A program made the position numbers and the translations under genes. DNA of 63,645 nt, counting the filler, from Bigelowiella natans CCMP2755 (lineage: Eukaryota; Protista; Cercozoa), in the NCBI GenBank assembly GCA_000320545.1. It is 6 parts of 6 records of this genome, joined end to end, with 100 filler letters (N's around TTAATTAATTAA, not from the genome) between each part and the next. Parts side by side here need not be neighbours in the genome. Positions count along the whole stretch, not along the records: positions 37,573 to 53,319 come from ADNK01003303.1; 5 more parts are not named here. The stretch is one strand, 5' to 3'. Below, piece after piece: positions 38,576 through 52,996 of the stretch. Under the pieces are notes generated by a model. The model made no database searches, was not told the DNA's origin, and worked only from the letters and a program-made list of their open reading frames with translations. Position 1 is the first letter of the stretch. Every line of letters starts with the position of its first letter.

Positions 38576-40402
38576 TTAGACTTTCTTGATCACAATTTTT
38601 TGCTTGAGAAAATCTAAGATGCACTTTGATGTGACAAATTCTTCTGCTTGGCCACGGACTGCGTCAACATCGTAATCCATGCCTGACAAAATTAAAAATT
38701 TTAAATACCTCGTGCTCTTCAAAATTAGGAATAAACATTTGTAACCCATCGTTTTGAAGTTTTCAATCATTTCCTTCAACTGCTCTTCCACCTGATGATA
38801 AATTTGTACGTTCACACATGGCACATACAATTCAGTATGAAAGTCACCTTCTCCGCAGTAATATCAAGTGCATTCTCCTCCCTTATTTTGTCGAAAGCCA
38901 GCACCTAATATAAAAGAGTCAAAGGTTAGATGTCAAGGATACATCAACACATTGCATTCACAATTACCGTCCGTACACGTTCCTCAATTTCAGGTCCATT
39001 ATCTCGAATAAACTTCGAAACCATTTGCGGAGTCATCATAGAATTCAGAACACTTGGAGCTATTTGGCCTGCACATCCAAGGAAAGATACAGGGTTAAGC
39101 TCCTCAAAACGGACAAGAAAGTCTAATATGATGTTGGGAAGTATGTTAAATAATCTTTGAATTTTACCAGATTGTTGAAATTCCATTAGTTGTGCTCCGT
39201 ACATTTGCTGTGCATTCTCTTGAATTAAGATTTCGGGCACTTCACACTCTGATATTTCCCCTAAGTGTTGTTCATTGCCGCATACATACATACATACATA
39301 CACATACATATATCTTCAGCTTTTTGGAATGATTCATCTATACCCAAAACAAGAGATACGAATTTGATATACCATCATAGATATAATACGATTCAATCTT
39401 GTTGTACATGTTGTTCCTACGACCTATTCTTTGGATAATAGCTTCCTCAATAAGTTCATCGTCCTTTACTTGGGCCTCCTTTTCAACGGCTTCAAGCAGA
39501 AAAGCTTTTGCCTCCTCTAAGGTAGCAGCAGATTCCAGGATCTCTTTTGCAAGATTATCGTCTTCTGGTGGCATTTTCGGCTCAAAAATTTGGTGCACCA
39601 TTGCCTTTATTCAAATATAAATAAATAGTAACAATCCGTTTAATCTTCACCGATATAAATACAGAAATGAAGATAGAACAACTCAGGAGCGGACAAATAA
39701 ATTTTTCCTAGTGTTATCACCAACCAGTCACATAACCCACTAATTTATTCGCAACAGGATTAACATAGATATGGTAGAAGTTAATACCACTACTATTACT
39801 ATTGATTTTCAAATTTGAACAACCAACCTTAAAAGTAGCTGTCGTTCCCCTATACCTGATGATAATAGGATAATAATACGTAACAATTAAAAAGGAGGAA
39901 AGGAGAATGAAGGAGAATAAGGATATTTTAGACACCATCTCACATCATTATGATAAGACAATCCTTGTTTACCAAATTAATTCCCTTGTATGTTACTAAT
40001 TCTTTGGATGATGATCACATATGCCTCTACCTTGCTGGGGAAAAGTTGTCCGGAAATTCGACGTCAAATTCTCGGATTTCCTCGCACTTTATATATTAAC
40101 ATAGCAGCAGCAGCAGATATATGACACTTTTTATCATATTGTCTAACAGTAAAAGTGAGGATAATCTAAACTGTCAGTATGAACACAATATCTTGGATAA
40201 TAGGGTTGCTAGGCGCTAATCAACGAGGAAAAATATGAAAACGATACGGAGAACATGTGAAGAGCATTTCCTAGTTATTACTTTCTTATACATAAACATA
40301 TTACCATAAATACTTGATGGATTATTTAAGTTTAAACATATTCCCATTGTAGTAATGATTACACTCACTATTGATTTCTCTATATCATACAAGATACTAC
40401 TG

Positions 40403-40436
<34 letters not shown>

Positions 40437-40684
40437 CTTAGAACCAATGATATTCTCCATGAAACCTGGGACTATGGAGTCATCATCCGTATCAAATTGT
40501 TTTGGGCGTTGGCCTGATTTATGATAATCATCATAATAGTACCACCATCATCATCACAGCAGCTATAAATTTTCGAATATGAATTCATTCAGTTTTAATC
40601 CCTTCTTCCTTTTATGAACGAGATGTACCATAGTAGTAAGTATTAGCAAAAAAAGTAGCAGTAGCAGTGTTAGCAAAAGTAGTA

Positions 40685-40717
<33 letters not shown>

Positions 40718-40917
40718 CAAAGGTTTCGATATCAATAAAATTGAATAAATAGCATCTTTCAGACCTTAACTGGATTGCTGCTACCACTAGCCACCCACTC
40801 ACCCATCATCAACTCGCTACAACAAATAATACCTCCAAGCTCAATGAGAGGCTCCCCAGTAGCTTTATCAACTCCCATGTACGACATCATAATCAAATCC
40901 CCTTCTCTAACCTGAAA

Positions 40918-40950
<33 letters not shown>

Positions 40951-43055
40951 TCAATAAGTACAAGGTTTTAATTTATGGATAAAATAGAATTAGACGACGA
41001 TCGTCCACGTCACTGATTCATGAACCAAGAACATACTTTTGGGTATACAGACACACACATAATATGTCTATCATCGACACACACCTCTAATTTCATATTA
41101 AAGAAACGGAAAATATGATAATTGAGTGCTTACTACGACCTCTCTATCACTTGCATTATCCAATTCAGCTAACCCTGAGTACACATTATGCAATTTTGAG
41201 TGTAGTGGCTCTTTTCATCATTATGGATTAATTTCTGTTGCCGCATAAATTGAGCTGCTTGAATACGATTAAAGTACGTTTATATCCAAGGATGAGATTT
41301 GCGGTGAAAGAATGATCATATGAATTTAGAATCTAGTACGGGTATGTGTGAATGTCTGCTGCTCGGGGAAAAGAATTCATATTGCAGTTAGCTCTTTTGT
41401 CGCTGTTTTTTCTTTGCATATGCACGTAAATAGTTGAATATTCGTTCGGTATTGTGTTAAGTTTTCCTCCTCCTCCTTCCTACTACGTACGTTTGCGTGT
41501 AGATAGCACAGCCTTCGCTACCACTTTGTTGTTGAGTTCAGGTTTGTTGAAAACCTTTACCTCAACCTCCATCCCTAAGTAGTAATAAGGGTTAGGGTTA
41601 GGTAGTAATAAGGCTTAAATAAACAAATCCATCTCCCCTTGATGAAGATGATGCATGTGTAATTCATGTATTTCTGATTTGAACAGCTTTATTTATTCTG
41701 AGGGCTAACTGAGCGCCATTTCACTCACCAATACTATTTCCACCAACACCACCATCATCTACCTGCAGCTGATTGGCTATTATATGCCCCCTCCTCCCCT
41801 CTTCAATATGGTAGATGCACGCAGCAGCAGCGTATCAATATTTCTATTCTTCTGACAACTACGCATGGTTGTTTTTCTGTTTATCCAATCAACTACCCCC
41901 CTTCTCACTTCATTCAAATATTTAGAGTATAGTAACTACTACTACTACTACCTTGGTAAGGAGTTTTCCATTTAATTGGTGGCATCGTGTCAACCCCAAT
42001 GTCGTATTTCAATTCTGATTTTTCATCAAAGATTCTCACAAGTTCATCGAAGTCCGACTCTATAGCTTCGGAGCCTACCATCCACAAATAACAAATAACA
42101 CCGTTGAGGATAACAAGACAAAGAAGCATAATATAGAATCACATCGATTAAAAACGAAAGTGACCAATACCAACACCACCAGCACCATTGGTATTATCAA
42201 CAACAACAACAAAATGATAATGGTGGTGGTGGTGATGATGATAATTGCGAGAATTGTAGTAAAATACAACTTTTACACGCGTCTTCATGAGTAAAAGACA
42301 AAATCTTGATAAAAGAAAACTATATTAGAAGAATAGGAGCAACTGGTTATTAGTACCATCTAGTGCCATATCTTTAACAGAGCGAAGTGCGGCGGGCATT
42401 GTTGCATTCAATATGTCATTGACAAACTGCTTCTTCAAATCTTTTGGATTTATCCACTGATTCAAAACCTAGCAATATATTGATGAATAAGGGAGTAAAA
42501 CAAAATTTAACATTCATCTCCTCCAATCTTTCGATGCTAAAAATAAGAGATTGTTCGAAAGGCACTACTATAACACACACCACCTGCCGTGGTATTGGCT
42601 TCCCAGGGCGGAAACCAGGAATGTCAGAATTTTTCTCTAGGCCCTTAATGCATTTTTTTATGATCTTTGTAACTTCTTCCTTCGGGACTGTGACTTGTAG
42701 CAATAACCGAGAATCACTAGCTCTTTTTTCTTCAATATCAAGGCTAACACGATTCGGTAGTAGCAGTGCCCTGTGCGACCACATCTTGCTTGGTGTTGCA
42801 GACCTTTTCCATGACGTTTTGGATATTGAAGAGGGATATCGAGTACCTGGTCGAATCAATAAACTTCACTAACGATTGACGAAAATTTGTAAGAAAGAGT
42901 TTACCACTTCTCAGAAACCCTGGAGCTGTTGCAAACGGCGAAAGCAAGAGGATCAATGCGATACAAATTGCTACGAGGAATGGAAATGGTATGGATGAAC
43001 GACGCCCAACCCGAGTATAGGGTATTGAACTCGCATCACTGTTGGAGAAGAACAT
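38576..43055 (-). CDS. tig: Plastid trigger factor (ribosome-associated chaperone) with bipartite leader
   Basis: Ribosome-binding signature IPGFRPGKPIP; FKBP-like region DDSIVPGFMENIIG..FDVEFPDNF..YRGTTATFK; plant-type C-domain MPPEDDNLAKEIL..EVPEILIQENAQQMYGAQLM..DYDVDAVRGQAEE..ILDFLKQKIVIKKV*. Leader has hydrophobic FLVAICIALILLLSPF. Confidence 0.88.
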
Positions 43056-44029
43056 AGACAGCAGAAGTAGGGTACTATCTGCAGGAGGGGGGAGTGCGGC
43101 TTTCTCGGGCGCTTGTTTGTCGCACGAACTGCACGTACTGAAAAGAGTGAAGAAGTGCGAAGAAGTGCGAAAAAATGCAACTGAAAACAGAGAACCCCGG
43201 AGAAGAAGGGTGCGACATGATGTTCGAAGCCGACTTGAATTGTATGAATGAAATGATGAACTCCATATTTTTCGATTAATTCTAGTAATCACATTCTGGG
43301 ATATTTGTCGTTGTCTGTATCTCCCTGTGAAATTAATATGATGCTTCTCATTTACTCGCAACACGTATTTGGATAAGATCTTAAAAATAATGAAATAAGC
43401 AGAGTTCGACAGAAAGAAAGGCATATCAATGGCTCCCTTCGACCACATGATAGTAATAAAGTAGAACTGAGTAAAGACTTTATCAACAATATCAACGGCA
43501 TCCACCATTCCTGAAAACTAAACTCCACCAATGCCCATCATGTATGCCACTGCTAGGCTCAAATAAGCATAAAAAAGAATGTCGGATACCCACGAACTTA
43601 AGAAGAAAATGGCGGCTACAGCACAAGGAAGACAGAAAGCGGTGGCTAAAGTAGATGAAGAGACAAAAGGCATCTTGGATTTATCAGAGACGGAAACGAA
43701 AACACGGCATCATCATAATTATTCTTACGGTTCTGGGTGCTGGGCACAGATATCGTTCATCATCAAAATCTTCTGCTGCAGGAGCGATATCGTTCTAAAC
43801 TGGATACATTTGAACTTGTGCGTAATTTCTGCAGCATTTGGTATGTTGATTATCTGATCAATGTCAATGTATTCTTGTGACAGATCTGTCTATTACTTTG
43901 TTCATGCTAATATTCTTGTGATAGATCTGTCATTTACCTTGTATATGCTTCTCATGATTTTATAGTTCAATACACTACATGATGAGCACATGTACGACCC
44001 GAGAATACATTTATATTACATTATGCTAG

Positions 44030-44075
<46 letters not shown>

Positions 44076-44402
44076 TAGGGTCGATATGTGCGATATCAAG
44101 CGATCCAGAGTTCTGTGTGTGCTTTGCACTATTCATCGCAGCATGTGGTGCTGCCATATTTTTCAATGAAAGTGTTGCAGCAGTTGCATCAGGAGTTGTT
44201 ATCTTACTTACTTCCGTTAGAACAATGTGGTAATTCTTATCTGGCTGCTTCTTCTTTCATAATATCTGTGTTGTGTGTGATAGGACATCATCATCATCAT
44301 CATCATCATCACCCATATTGCTATATCTATCTGTACTCGATGACACACCATCCAATAATAATACGCATTCTCCTATTTATCATCCAACCCAAATTTTTGG
44401 AG

Positions 44403-45076
44403 ATGATCACGGACGGAGAACGACGAGCTGATTCATCATATACCGCCAGGAACTATCTTCCCAATAAAGAAGCTAAGAACATCAAGGCTAAAGAGGAGGG
44501 GGAGGAAGGGACAGGAAAGCTAGCTGTGATTGATCAAAGTGCCCTGCGAATCCAGGTGATTGATTAGAGGGTCATGGCACTGAGGATATTAAATTGAACC
44601 TGAATCTCTTCTTCTTCTTCTTCATATTTGGCTCTCTTCTTCATTCAGGACATTCTCGTAAACATCATGTCATACCAAACTCTAGAGGATCGTGCTCGTC
44701 TTCGTGCAGTATCAAGAAGTGCAAGCAAAGCATATCATCGTCCGTGTTTGTGGATAGACACCTTAGTCCCGGACAGTTGCGGTTCCATTAATCTTGCAGT
44801 GAAAGCTATTCCAAAATCACTTTCTAGCCTTTACCCTAAATTTATCCCAAAGATAAGGGTGAGGGCGGATATGACTTATTATGAAGGAGACTCACGTGGA
44901 TTATCAGTCCTTTTCAAGCGAAGACCGAGTGGAATATACGTTGATAAACCTGTTATCATCGAAGCATTCATGATGATGAAGAAAAAGGAAGAGCTAGTAG
45001 ACGAAAAAAAGGAACATGAGGTGGTGGCAAGTGAGATGAAAGACCCCGCTGGGAAACAAACAGTAGCAGCAACTCT

Positions 45077-45109
<33 letters not shown>

Positions 45110-46319
45110 TTGTGTCAGGATTCATAGTAGTGCTGGTGAGGCTATAACCGTTAGCAAAAATGCCAGAGGAGCCCAGCTGATAGGAATTGACGTGTATATA
45201 AATCGATTCTCTAGCCATGGAATTGCCGTGTATGCCGACAATGTAAAAATAAAGAATTGTAGGATATCTGCTCAGGGAACAAACGCATGCGGTGTCTTAG
45301 TAGCAGGTAGGTGTAGATAGGTAGTAGTTAGTACTACCACACCTGCTTGTTGTAACAGCAGAACAACTAAATCTTGCACGATTCTATTCAATTTCTTTTC
45401 TCTCGTCGCATTGTACGTATTGATAACTGCTCAATCCTCCTCTTTTGATCGTTGTTGTCTTTCCTCGAATCCCCCCCGGAATATAACTGTACATCATCAT
45501 CCTCCTCTCTCATAATAACAGGTAGGAGTGTGAGTAGCTTAGAATCTTGTGAAATCACAGACTGTGGAGGATCTGGAGTCCTTCTTGCTTACAATGCCGG
45601 AGTCCATGTTGAGCACTGTTCAATAAAAAACAATCAATGGAGTGGCATAGGTAGTAGTAGGACGAGATAAAAAAGAAAGAAGAAGGATCAAGAGGAGGGT
45701 GGGAAAAAAAAAGTAATTTAGATGTTTAGTTTAAGAAATCGACGGGACATGGGAGGCGGCAGAAGAAATATAGGATATTCAATTACGGATATCACAGTTC
45801 TATCATATCAATCAAAATTTATGATGACTGTTACTAATGCGCTTTCATCATCCAATTTGGATCTTCCGCATATATATTTGAGCAGCACCATATTAATTAA
45901 TTAACTAATTAATGTATGTTAGGGGCTTTTGCTGGGTCATCCCTGTCTATCCAAGACACATGCATTGAGAACAATGCTCTATTTGCAGTTGGTGCCGCAG
46001 TAGATGTCACTTGTAACCTTTCTTCAGGTTGTTGTTGTTGTTGTTGTTTACGAGGAGGAGGAGGATATGATTGCATTCATAGATGTAGAAGGAGTAGTTG
46101 TTGCAGTCATACGATCACTCATATTTGTAGTAGTATTCATTTTCTTCTAATTTAACTTGAACTTATTGCTGCCTGTTGAAATTCGATTGCCTTTCATCAA
46201 GGATGAATTTGCATTCAAAAGACTAATTCTAAAATACACTTTGTGGATCAGGGAACACATTCCAAGGCAATGGTCGTGGCGATTCAGTTCATCGATATTT
46301 GGCATATGAGCATTCTTAA
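44403..46319 (+). CDS. F-box + parallel beta-helix (PbH1/CASH, FBXO11-like) protein
   Basis: F-box-like DILVNIMSYQTLEDRARLRAVSR..W; beta-helix repeats VKIKNCRIS, LESCEITDCGGSGVLL, VEHCSIKNNQWSGI, IQDTCIENNALFAV; last exon GNTFQGNGRGD..HS*. Confidence 0.8.
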
Positions 46320-46558
46320 CCAAAGTACCTCTAGATACTATCATGGCAATATTTATATTGCTCTAATACCTTGAGGGGTTATCATGCGTTGATGAATAGA
46401 TGCGTGCATGTACGCAGATAGTTCGGCTTGTACATATCTAGATATATGCCGCACAACCCGCAAAGCTGCGCGCAAAGCACGACATGCTAGACCAAATCAC
46501 AATGCATTTTCATGCATGCAACATGTGACCAAGGAAACAAACAGACACAATTTATGCG

Positions 46559-47763
46559 CTGTAGCCGCTGCATTGCACAGCTACATTAGGATGACCACTG
46601 AAAAAATTTGAACATTCATTACATCCGTCTCATCATGATTATAGACATGCAATACATTACACATATAATATATATATTGTATTGCTGTGTCTATCATCAT
46701 GTGTCGCACAACTCGCGCATGTGAGACGGATGTATGAATGATACAATAATTAAATCTTTTCAATTTTCATCTCAACAAAGCTGTGCAAAGCAGCGGCTCA
46801 CGCATGTTGTAAAACTAGACATGTGCACATAGCATAACCAATTAGCGCGGCGCCGCTGCGTGCGCATGTGTAGCATGTGCACTGCACTGCATGCAAGCAC
46901 CAGTCATTGCAAATTGTCATTAGCATCATTTGCCATCGCTAGATCGGCTATTGTTCTAGGAGGCATGACAAGAGACAGGTACATGCTTGGTCTCTTGCCT
47001 TGCACTCCATGCCTAAAAACGTTTTTTGAGCACATGGCCATTCATAACTCCACGTACGTGTACCAACCAAACTATAAAACACATGCACATGTGCTAGTTG
47101 CATGTACTTGGTCTCTGCCATTGCGGAGATACTACCTTGATGACTAATGACTCTCGTACGACTAGACGATCGACGCACTCTTGTGCATCTACTACAGACG
47201 CGTCTGTTACATAAATCGCCTACGATGGCAGGTGCACAGAAAACCAGCACTAGTTAGCACTAGAGTAGCCACCAGGCACTGCTAGCTAGCTAGCTAGGTG
47301 CACCAATGCAATGCAGCAGTGTTTAGCTACATGTGTGTCTCACTTAACACCCAGCTACACAATGGCAGCACATAAAATGCAACCTAAATTGCATGCTACA
47401 TGGATGTACAGATGCGTACCGCACACAACAAGATGTGGATCATTTGCTTTCTTGCGTATTGTACACCACATGCATCAACGCCGCTTGAGGAGCCAGCTAG
47501 CCAGCGCACTGCCATATTATAGTGATGCGCGACAACGAAACGAAAAGATTGACTTGCGATAAGAAGGAAACACGCACTGCTGCGCGAAATTATGCGCGCC
47601 ATTCGATCAAAACCGAAACTGTATGCATTTGACTTTTAATTGCATGAAACACATCATAGTGGAGACCACCAGATTCAACATTATTAGCCCTGTAGCCGCT
47701 GCATTGCACAGCTACATTAGGATGACCATTGAACAAATTTAATTTGATTCATTACATCCGTCT
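46559..47763. repeat. Pair of ~70-bp direct repeats (46559-46630 and 47690-47763)
   Basis: ctgtagccgctgcattgcacagctacattaggatgacca.tgaa.aaattt..attcattacatccgtct occurs twice, about 1.13 kb apart. Confidence 0.85.
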
Positions 47764-48026
47764 TACAACAATGTGTCCATGTTCGTACAAAATTGTTCTT
47801 TCATCGCTAAATGCTGTTAGCGCTTTACCTTTTGAATTGACAAAATGTGTTCGCACAGCCTAACAAGTTGTACGCATGCTACGTGTACGCACATGTGGGT
47901 ATAATTGATGACATAATATTGTACTCATAAGCTGGTGCATGTATACGCTGGCTTGCCTAACACAACTACATCGCAATTGAAAGTCACAGTTTTATAACGT
48001 AAAAGAGGTGCGGGGATAGGCGGATC

Positions 48027-48246
48027 CTAAGCAGCATATCGTCTTTCACGGCATGGCTGCTGCAACTTTCGCACCCCCACGTCTCTTCCCCCCTGATTTA
48101 GTTTTCTTCGGAGCCTTGGTAGTTTTCTGGCTCACGTTGATAAATTGACCGGGTACTCCATACTCATGCGATAAATATCTGGAGAATATGTATTTGGAGA
48201 ATATGTATTGACGTGAAAGCAATCAATAAGGAGGGCCTCATCAACC

Positions 48247-48289
<43 letters not shown>

Positions 48290-48990
48290 TTACGATATCT
48301 CTGTATACACAACAATAGTAACCCCTACTCTCACCCTTTGATTTCGTTGAGCAAGTTTCCCTGAGCTTGTACCATCTTTATGAGGATTAGGGGGAAAAGA
48401 AGAGCATTCATAACTATCCTTTAAAATTATTTAAGCTAAACTACAAAATTAAGTAGTAAACACACATTATATAACAACCGTGCGTGTAGATGAAGTGCAG
48501 TTTTTAATGCTAAATCATGTTCAACGAGTGAATCTATTGTTATAATCATATTCAACGAGTGTTTAATAATAATCTATGGTTACTTATTATTAAAGTGCTG
48601 GAAATCATCATCACCACCACCACCACCACCACCACCACTTCTACCATCAATACCTGAATATCCTTTTTTTGTTTACTCCTTGAGACCGTACTCGTCGTTG
48701 TGGAGCAAGCATGCTTCTTCCTGACCATGGAAGCTAGCTCTTTGGCTTCGATTTCCCATGGCTGAACAAAGTAATTCATCATCATCATCATCATCAACAA
48801 CAACAACAATAACAACCAAACGATGAGTGGGCTTTGTTTTTATGAGTTGTTGCTACATGCATGCACGTATGTATGTACACACATTTAGACTAATTATATT
48901 AAAAAATATTTCCCACTACAACAATACTACTACTACTACTACTATTACTATTACTATTACTATGTAATCCATCTATCTACTCATGTTATT

Positions 48991-49023
<33 letters not shown>

Positions 49024-50076
49024 TTGTTGTTATTATCATGATTGTTTCTTACCTCAAGTCCTTCCACTAGGGTTACCACCTTGTTTCCTTGTCGAGCACC
49101 CTAAAATACATACAATACTATTACTTACTCCTCCCATTGCTACCACTGCTACAACAATTACTACTACTACTACTACTACCAATACTACCTATTCAACAAC
49201 ACTCACAGCAACAAATACACAACAGAAAAAAAGCATCTATATTGAAGGCAGCATTCTCATGATGATATGCATGTGAACACAATGATGCAATTATTATTTC
49301 ACATATTCGTAGTAGTAGTAGTAGTAGTAGTAGTAGAAGTAGTAGTAGTAGTAGTAGTAGTAAAGATATATGCTGAATTGACCAGGCAAAGCAATATCTC
49401 AGGTGGTGAACCTGGGTTATTATTTAATGGTTGGCAGACAACAAGAATAATTAGTAGGAGAGATAGTATTTGTTTAATAGTTTGTTTGATAGTTTGATGG
49501 TTGATATTGGTAGGAGAGATAGTGTTTGTCTGATAGCTTGTTTGATAGTTTAATGGTTGATATTGGTAGGAGAGATAGTATTTGTTTAATAGTTTGATGG
49601 TTGATATTGGTAGGAGAGATAATTTTTTTTTGATGGTTTGATGGTTCTCAATTGTATGTATGTATGTATGTATGTATGTATGTAGCTCTCCAATAAAGTA
49701 AATTAGGACAAAGAAAACCGTCGATGATATCATTAATTAAAACAAAAATCGTCCATGTTTGTTTCCCCCATTCACTAGAGCGGCGGAATAGTTAGTGCTT
49801 GAAAACTTAATGAAGTAGAGATCTAGTTCATGGATGATGATGACGAATATCACGACGAGAAGGAAAATATCACTTGTCATTAAAACTCTCCATGGTACAG
49901 CATTATATACTGATTACCTGGTTTGTACATTGACTCATCAAGTTCTTCTTCTCTATCATCTTCGAATAGAATACAATGGTATATCTGGTAGTCGTAGTAG
50001 TAGTAGTAAGAGGAGGAGAAGCAGAAAGAACGATAGTTTAATAGTGATATTTTTATATAGATATTGATACACGCAT

Positions 50077-50157
<81 letters not shown>

Positions 50158-50524
50158 CTAGCGAGAGATAAACAGCACTCACTCACTCACACATTTGGCC
50201 ATCAGCTGCAATAAATTTTACCATCAGCAAGACTGAATCTACCTCGTGTTCTCTTCACAATTGGAATCATCGTTAGACCCCCCCTCTCCTCCCTGCTTCT
50301 ACTACCACTACTATTATTATTACTACTAGTGCTACTACTACCTTCATGCTCTTTGTAAGTGATAGAGCAAGATCTTTCTTCGAAACCTTTTTATCAAGTA
50401 GTAGTTAGTGAATAATAACAGAAATTAGTACACAGATGAAGCAAGAAATGATAAAAAATGCAATCTTATGATAGGGTATCATCATCATCATCATCATTAT
50501 AATCATCATCTATTATTGTTTTCT

Positions 50525-50557
<33 letters not shown>

Positions 50558-50926
50558 TACCCCCCCTTTTCTTTTTTTAGTATGATGCTTTTGGTCTGAA
50601 GCTACTACTACTACCATTAGTTTTGTATACGATGAGTAGTATTATTAGTTGTATAATGCAATGAATTAAGCAAACAGTAACACCTTACTATCACACTAAT
50701 CTCCAGATCCCAATCTATCTCCATCTATAAGAGCATCACACACCTTGTCACACTCTCCAGATCCCCATCTATCTCCTTTAGAAAATACAGCCTCTCGCAA
50801 TGTTGGGTCAACCTGAGGTGGGGGGAGAGGGAGGGAGGATAATCACCGCTCATGAGCAAAAGTGAATGTTACTACATAACAAAGAGATGTATATGACAAT
50901 GATACACAATAATAAAGATGATGGTT

Positions 50927-50963
<37 letters not shown>

Positions 50964-51089
50964 CAATAATTGACCAGGACTTGCTTTCCACCGCTCATTT
51001 CGAGTTCATTTGCCTTAACATATCTAGGAAAATTTTTATAATAGAGTAGATGACGACGGTGTTGCTGCCTACTGTGAGTAGTAATACTG

Positions 51090-51120
<31 letters not shown>

Positions 51121-51291
51121 CACTACAACAACAACTACTACTACCACTATTTTGTTTGTAGCTTCCTCACTACCTTCCTCTCTAACGCACTCACACGAGT
51201 AATAACAACACTGAATAATATCTTCGTTTCGACTACTACTACTACTTCTACTACTCCCTCTCCCCCCTTCCTTTCTTCCTTCCACAATTAG

Positions 51292-51334
<43 letters not shown>

Positions 51335-51340
51335 GGACTA

Positions 51341-51376
<36 letters not shown>

Positions 51377-51749
51377 ACTCACTAACCCACCGCCATAAAA
51401 ACTTCCTTGCAGTTGTCAAATTGATCAATTTGTCTTCGTAACCCTATTATTAGTAGTATCATCGACACAACATTATGTGTGCACACCATCAATTAGTAGT
51501 AGGGTTAGCATCATCATATTCTAATATATCATCTTCGCAAATTGCTACTGCTACCTACATAGCTTACCCCTACTACTACTACCTATTTGTGGCTCTAATG
51601 CCTATACCTGTGGCTCTAAGATTAATTGACGCATCTTCTGGGAGGGACGATATGTCAGTTTCACGTCCAATGAGCGTCCCTTTGGTAAGTAAGTAAGTAA
51701 GTAGTAGTAGTTTTATAGGATTGTGAATAATAACAAATGACGTTCATAT

Positions 51750-51783
<34 letters not shown>

Positions 51784-52342
51784 ATTAAAGAGAGACGAAG
51801 AGATAATAAAAATTCAGAAACTTAAATGGAAGTTGCATTAACTCAATTATAATTGTAAAGAGCAGTACACGAACTTTCACTCGAAAATAGGCATCATCAT
51901 CATCATATGCAAAGTTATAATCAACATTTACAGCTAGACGAGTGTTGTGATTGTTGTAGTTTGTTACGTAGCTTGTTATGTAGTTACCGGATCCCTTCGC
52001 CTCCTTTTTGGTTTGTGCTTCTTCTTATCCCCCCCCTAGTATTGAGTGTAGTAGTAATGATATTACTGACGATGTTTGTGGAAATGATAGCATCTAAATA
52101 GTGTATTAATATTATTATTATTAGTAGTAGTAGTAATAGTAGTAGTAATAATAGTAGTAGTAGGTATATCAATACTACATTCGTAATTGGGTGGAATACG
52201 ATTATGACTTGTGCTTTTTCTAGATCAGATACAACTAATGATGATGCTACTGATAATACTACTACATAGCTACTAAACAACCTTTAGTTTCTCGTGTTTA
52301 GCCCTCTGCTCGTAATCCTGAACGACGGGATGCCCTCTATTC

Positions 52343-52375
<33 letters not shown>

Positions 52376-52689
52376 GTGATGATGATAATGCCAACACATC
52401 AGGTAGTAATAGTCAATAAGCAGTAGCAGAATTAGGATGGGGAGGAGGAGGATGAGAGGAGGAGGATGAGAGGAGGAGGAAAAGGAATACGGCAAAAGAA
52501 ATGACACACGTAATACTCTAATATACACAAGTACACACACAAGAATATTGCGGTGCGTGCTACTCCTACAAAAACGACAACAACAACAATGAAATTTTAA
52601 CAATATTAGTACCGATTGATCCCAGTGATGACCGCTCCATCTTTGCGCTGCTTTAATGCTATCACCTCATCCTTCTCCATTGCCTTCAT
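48027..52689 (-). CDS. EIF2D: Eukaryotic translation initiation factor 2D (ligatin), C-terminal half, 5' partial
   Basis: Micro-exons give MEKDEVIALKQRKDGAVITGINR|GHP, SWIB-like YVKANEL..QVL|VDPTLREAVF, and SUI1 domain ARQGNKVVTLVEGLE|PWEIEAKELASMVRKKHACSTT..VQAQGN..YLSHEYGVPGQFI; stop at 48027-48029. Confidence 0.85.
49425..49645. repeat. Intronic minisatellite
   Basis: atggttgatattggtaggagagatagt.tttgt.t.atag unit, about 4 copies. Confidence 0.8.
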
Positions 52690-52996
52690 CTATGTAGATA
52701 TTCGCATCATGTACTGCTGCTACTACTACTACTACTACTACTACTGCTGCTGCTGCTGGTGGTGGTATATTCATGTCGTCGTCATCGTCTATTGGAGGAG
52801 GATAATAGGCAATGATGATAATTATATTCCTCCTCCTTGAAAATAATACACAACGACGATACCATCTTATGCAGAAGACACGTGTCAATAAGAAAGAGAA
52901 AGAGAGAAAGAGAAAAAGAGAAAGTAGTTGTACAAACAACAACACCGTAGTAGTAGGGTGCAATTCATGAAAGAAGTAGTATATTTGTTTATGGGG

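Noticed and set aside
41589-41602. Interstitial GGGTTAGGGTTAGG in a tig intron
   Set aside because: Only about two units; too short to infer a fusion or healing site.
43220-43857. Small plus-strand gene (ORF 43579-43857)
   Set aside because: No recognisable domain or reliable exon chain; cannot be supported.
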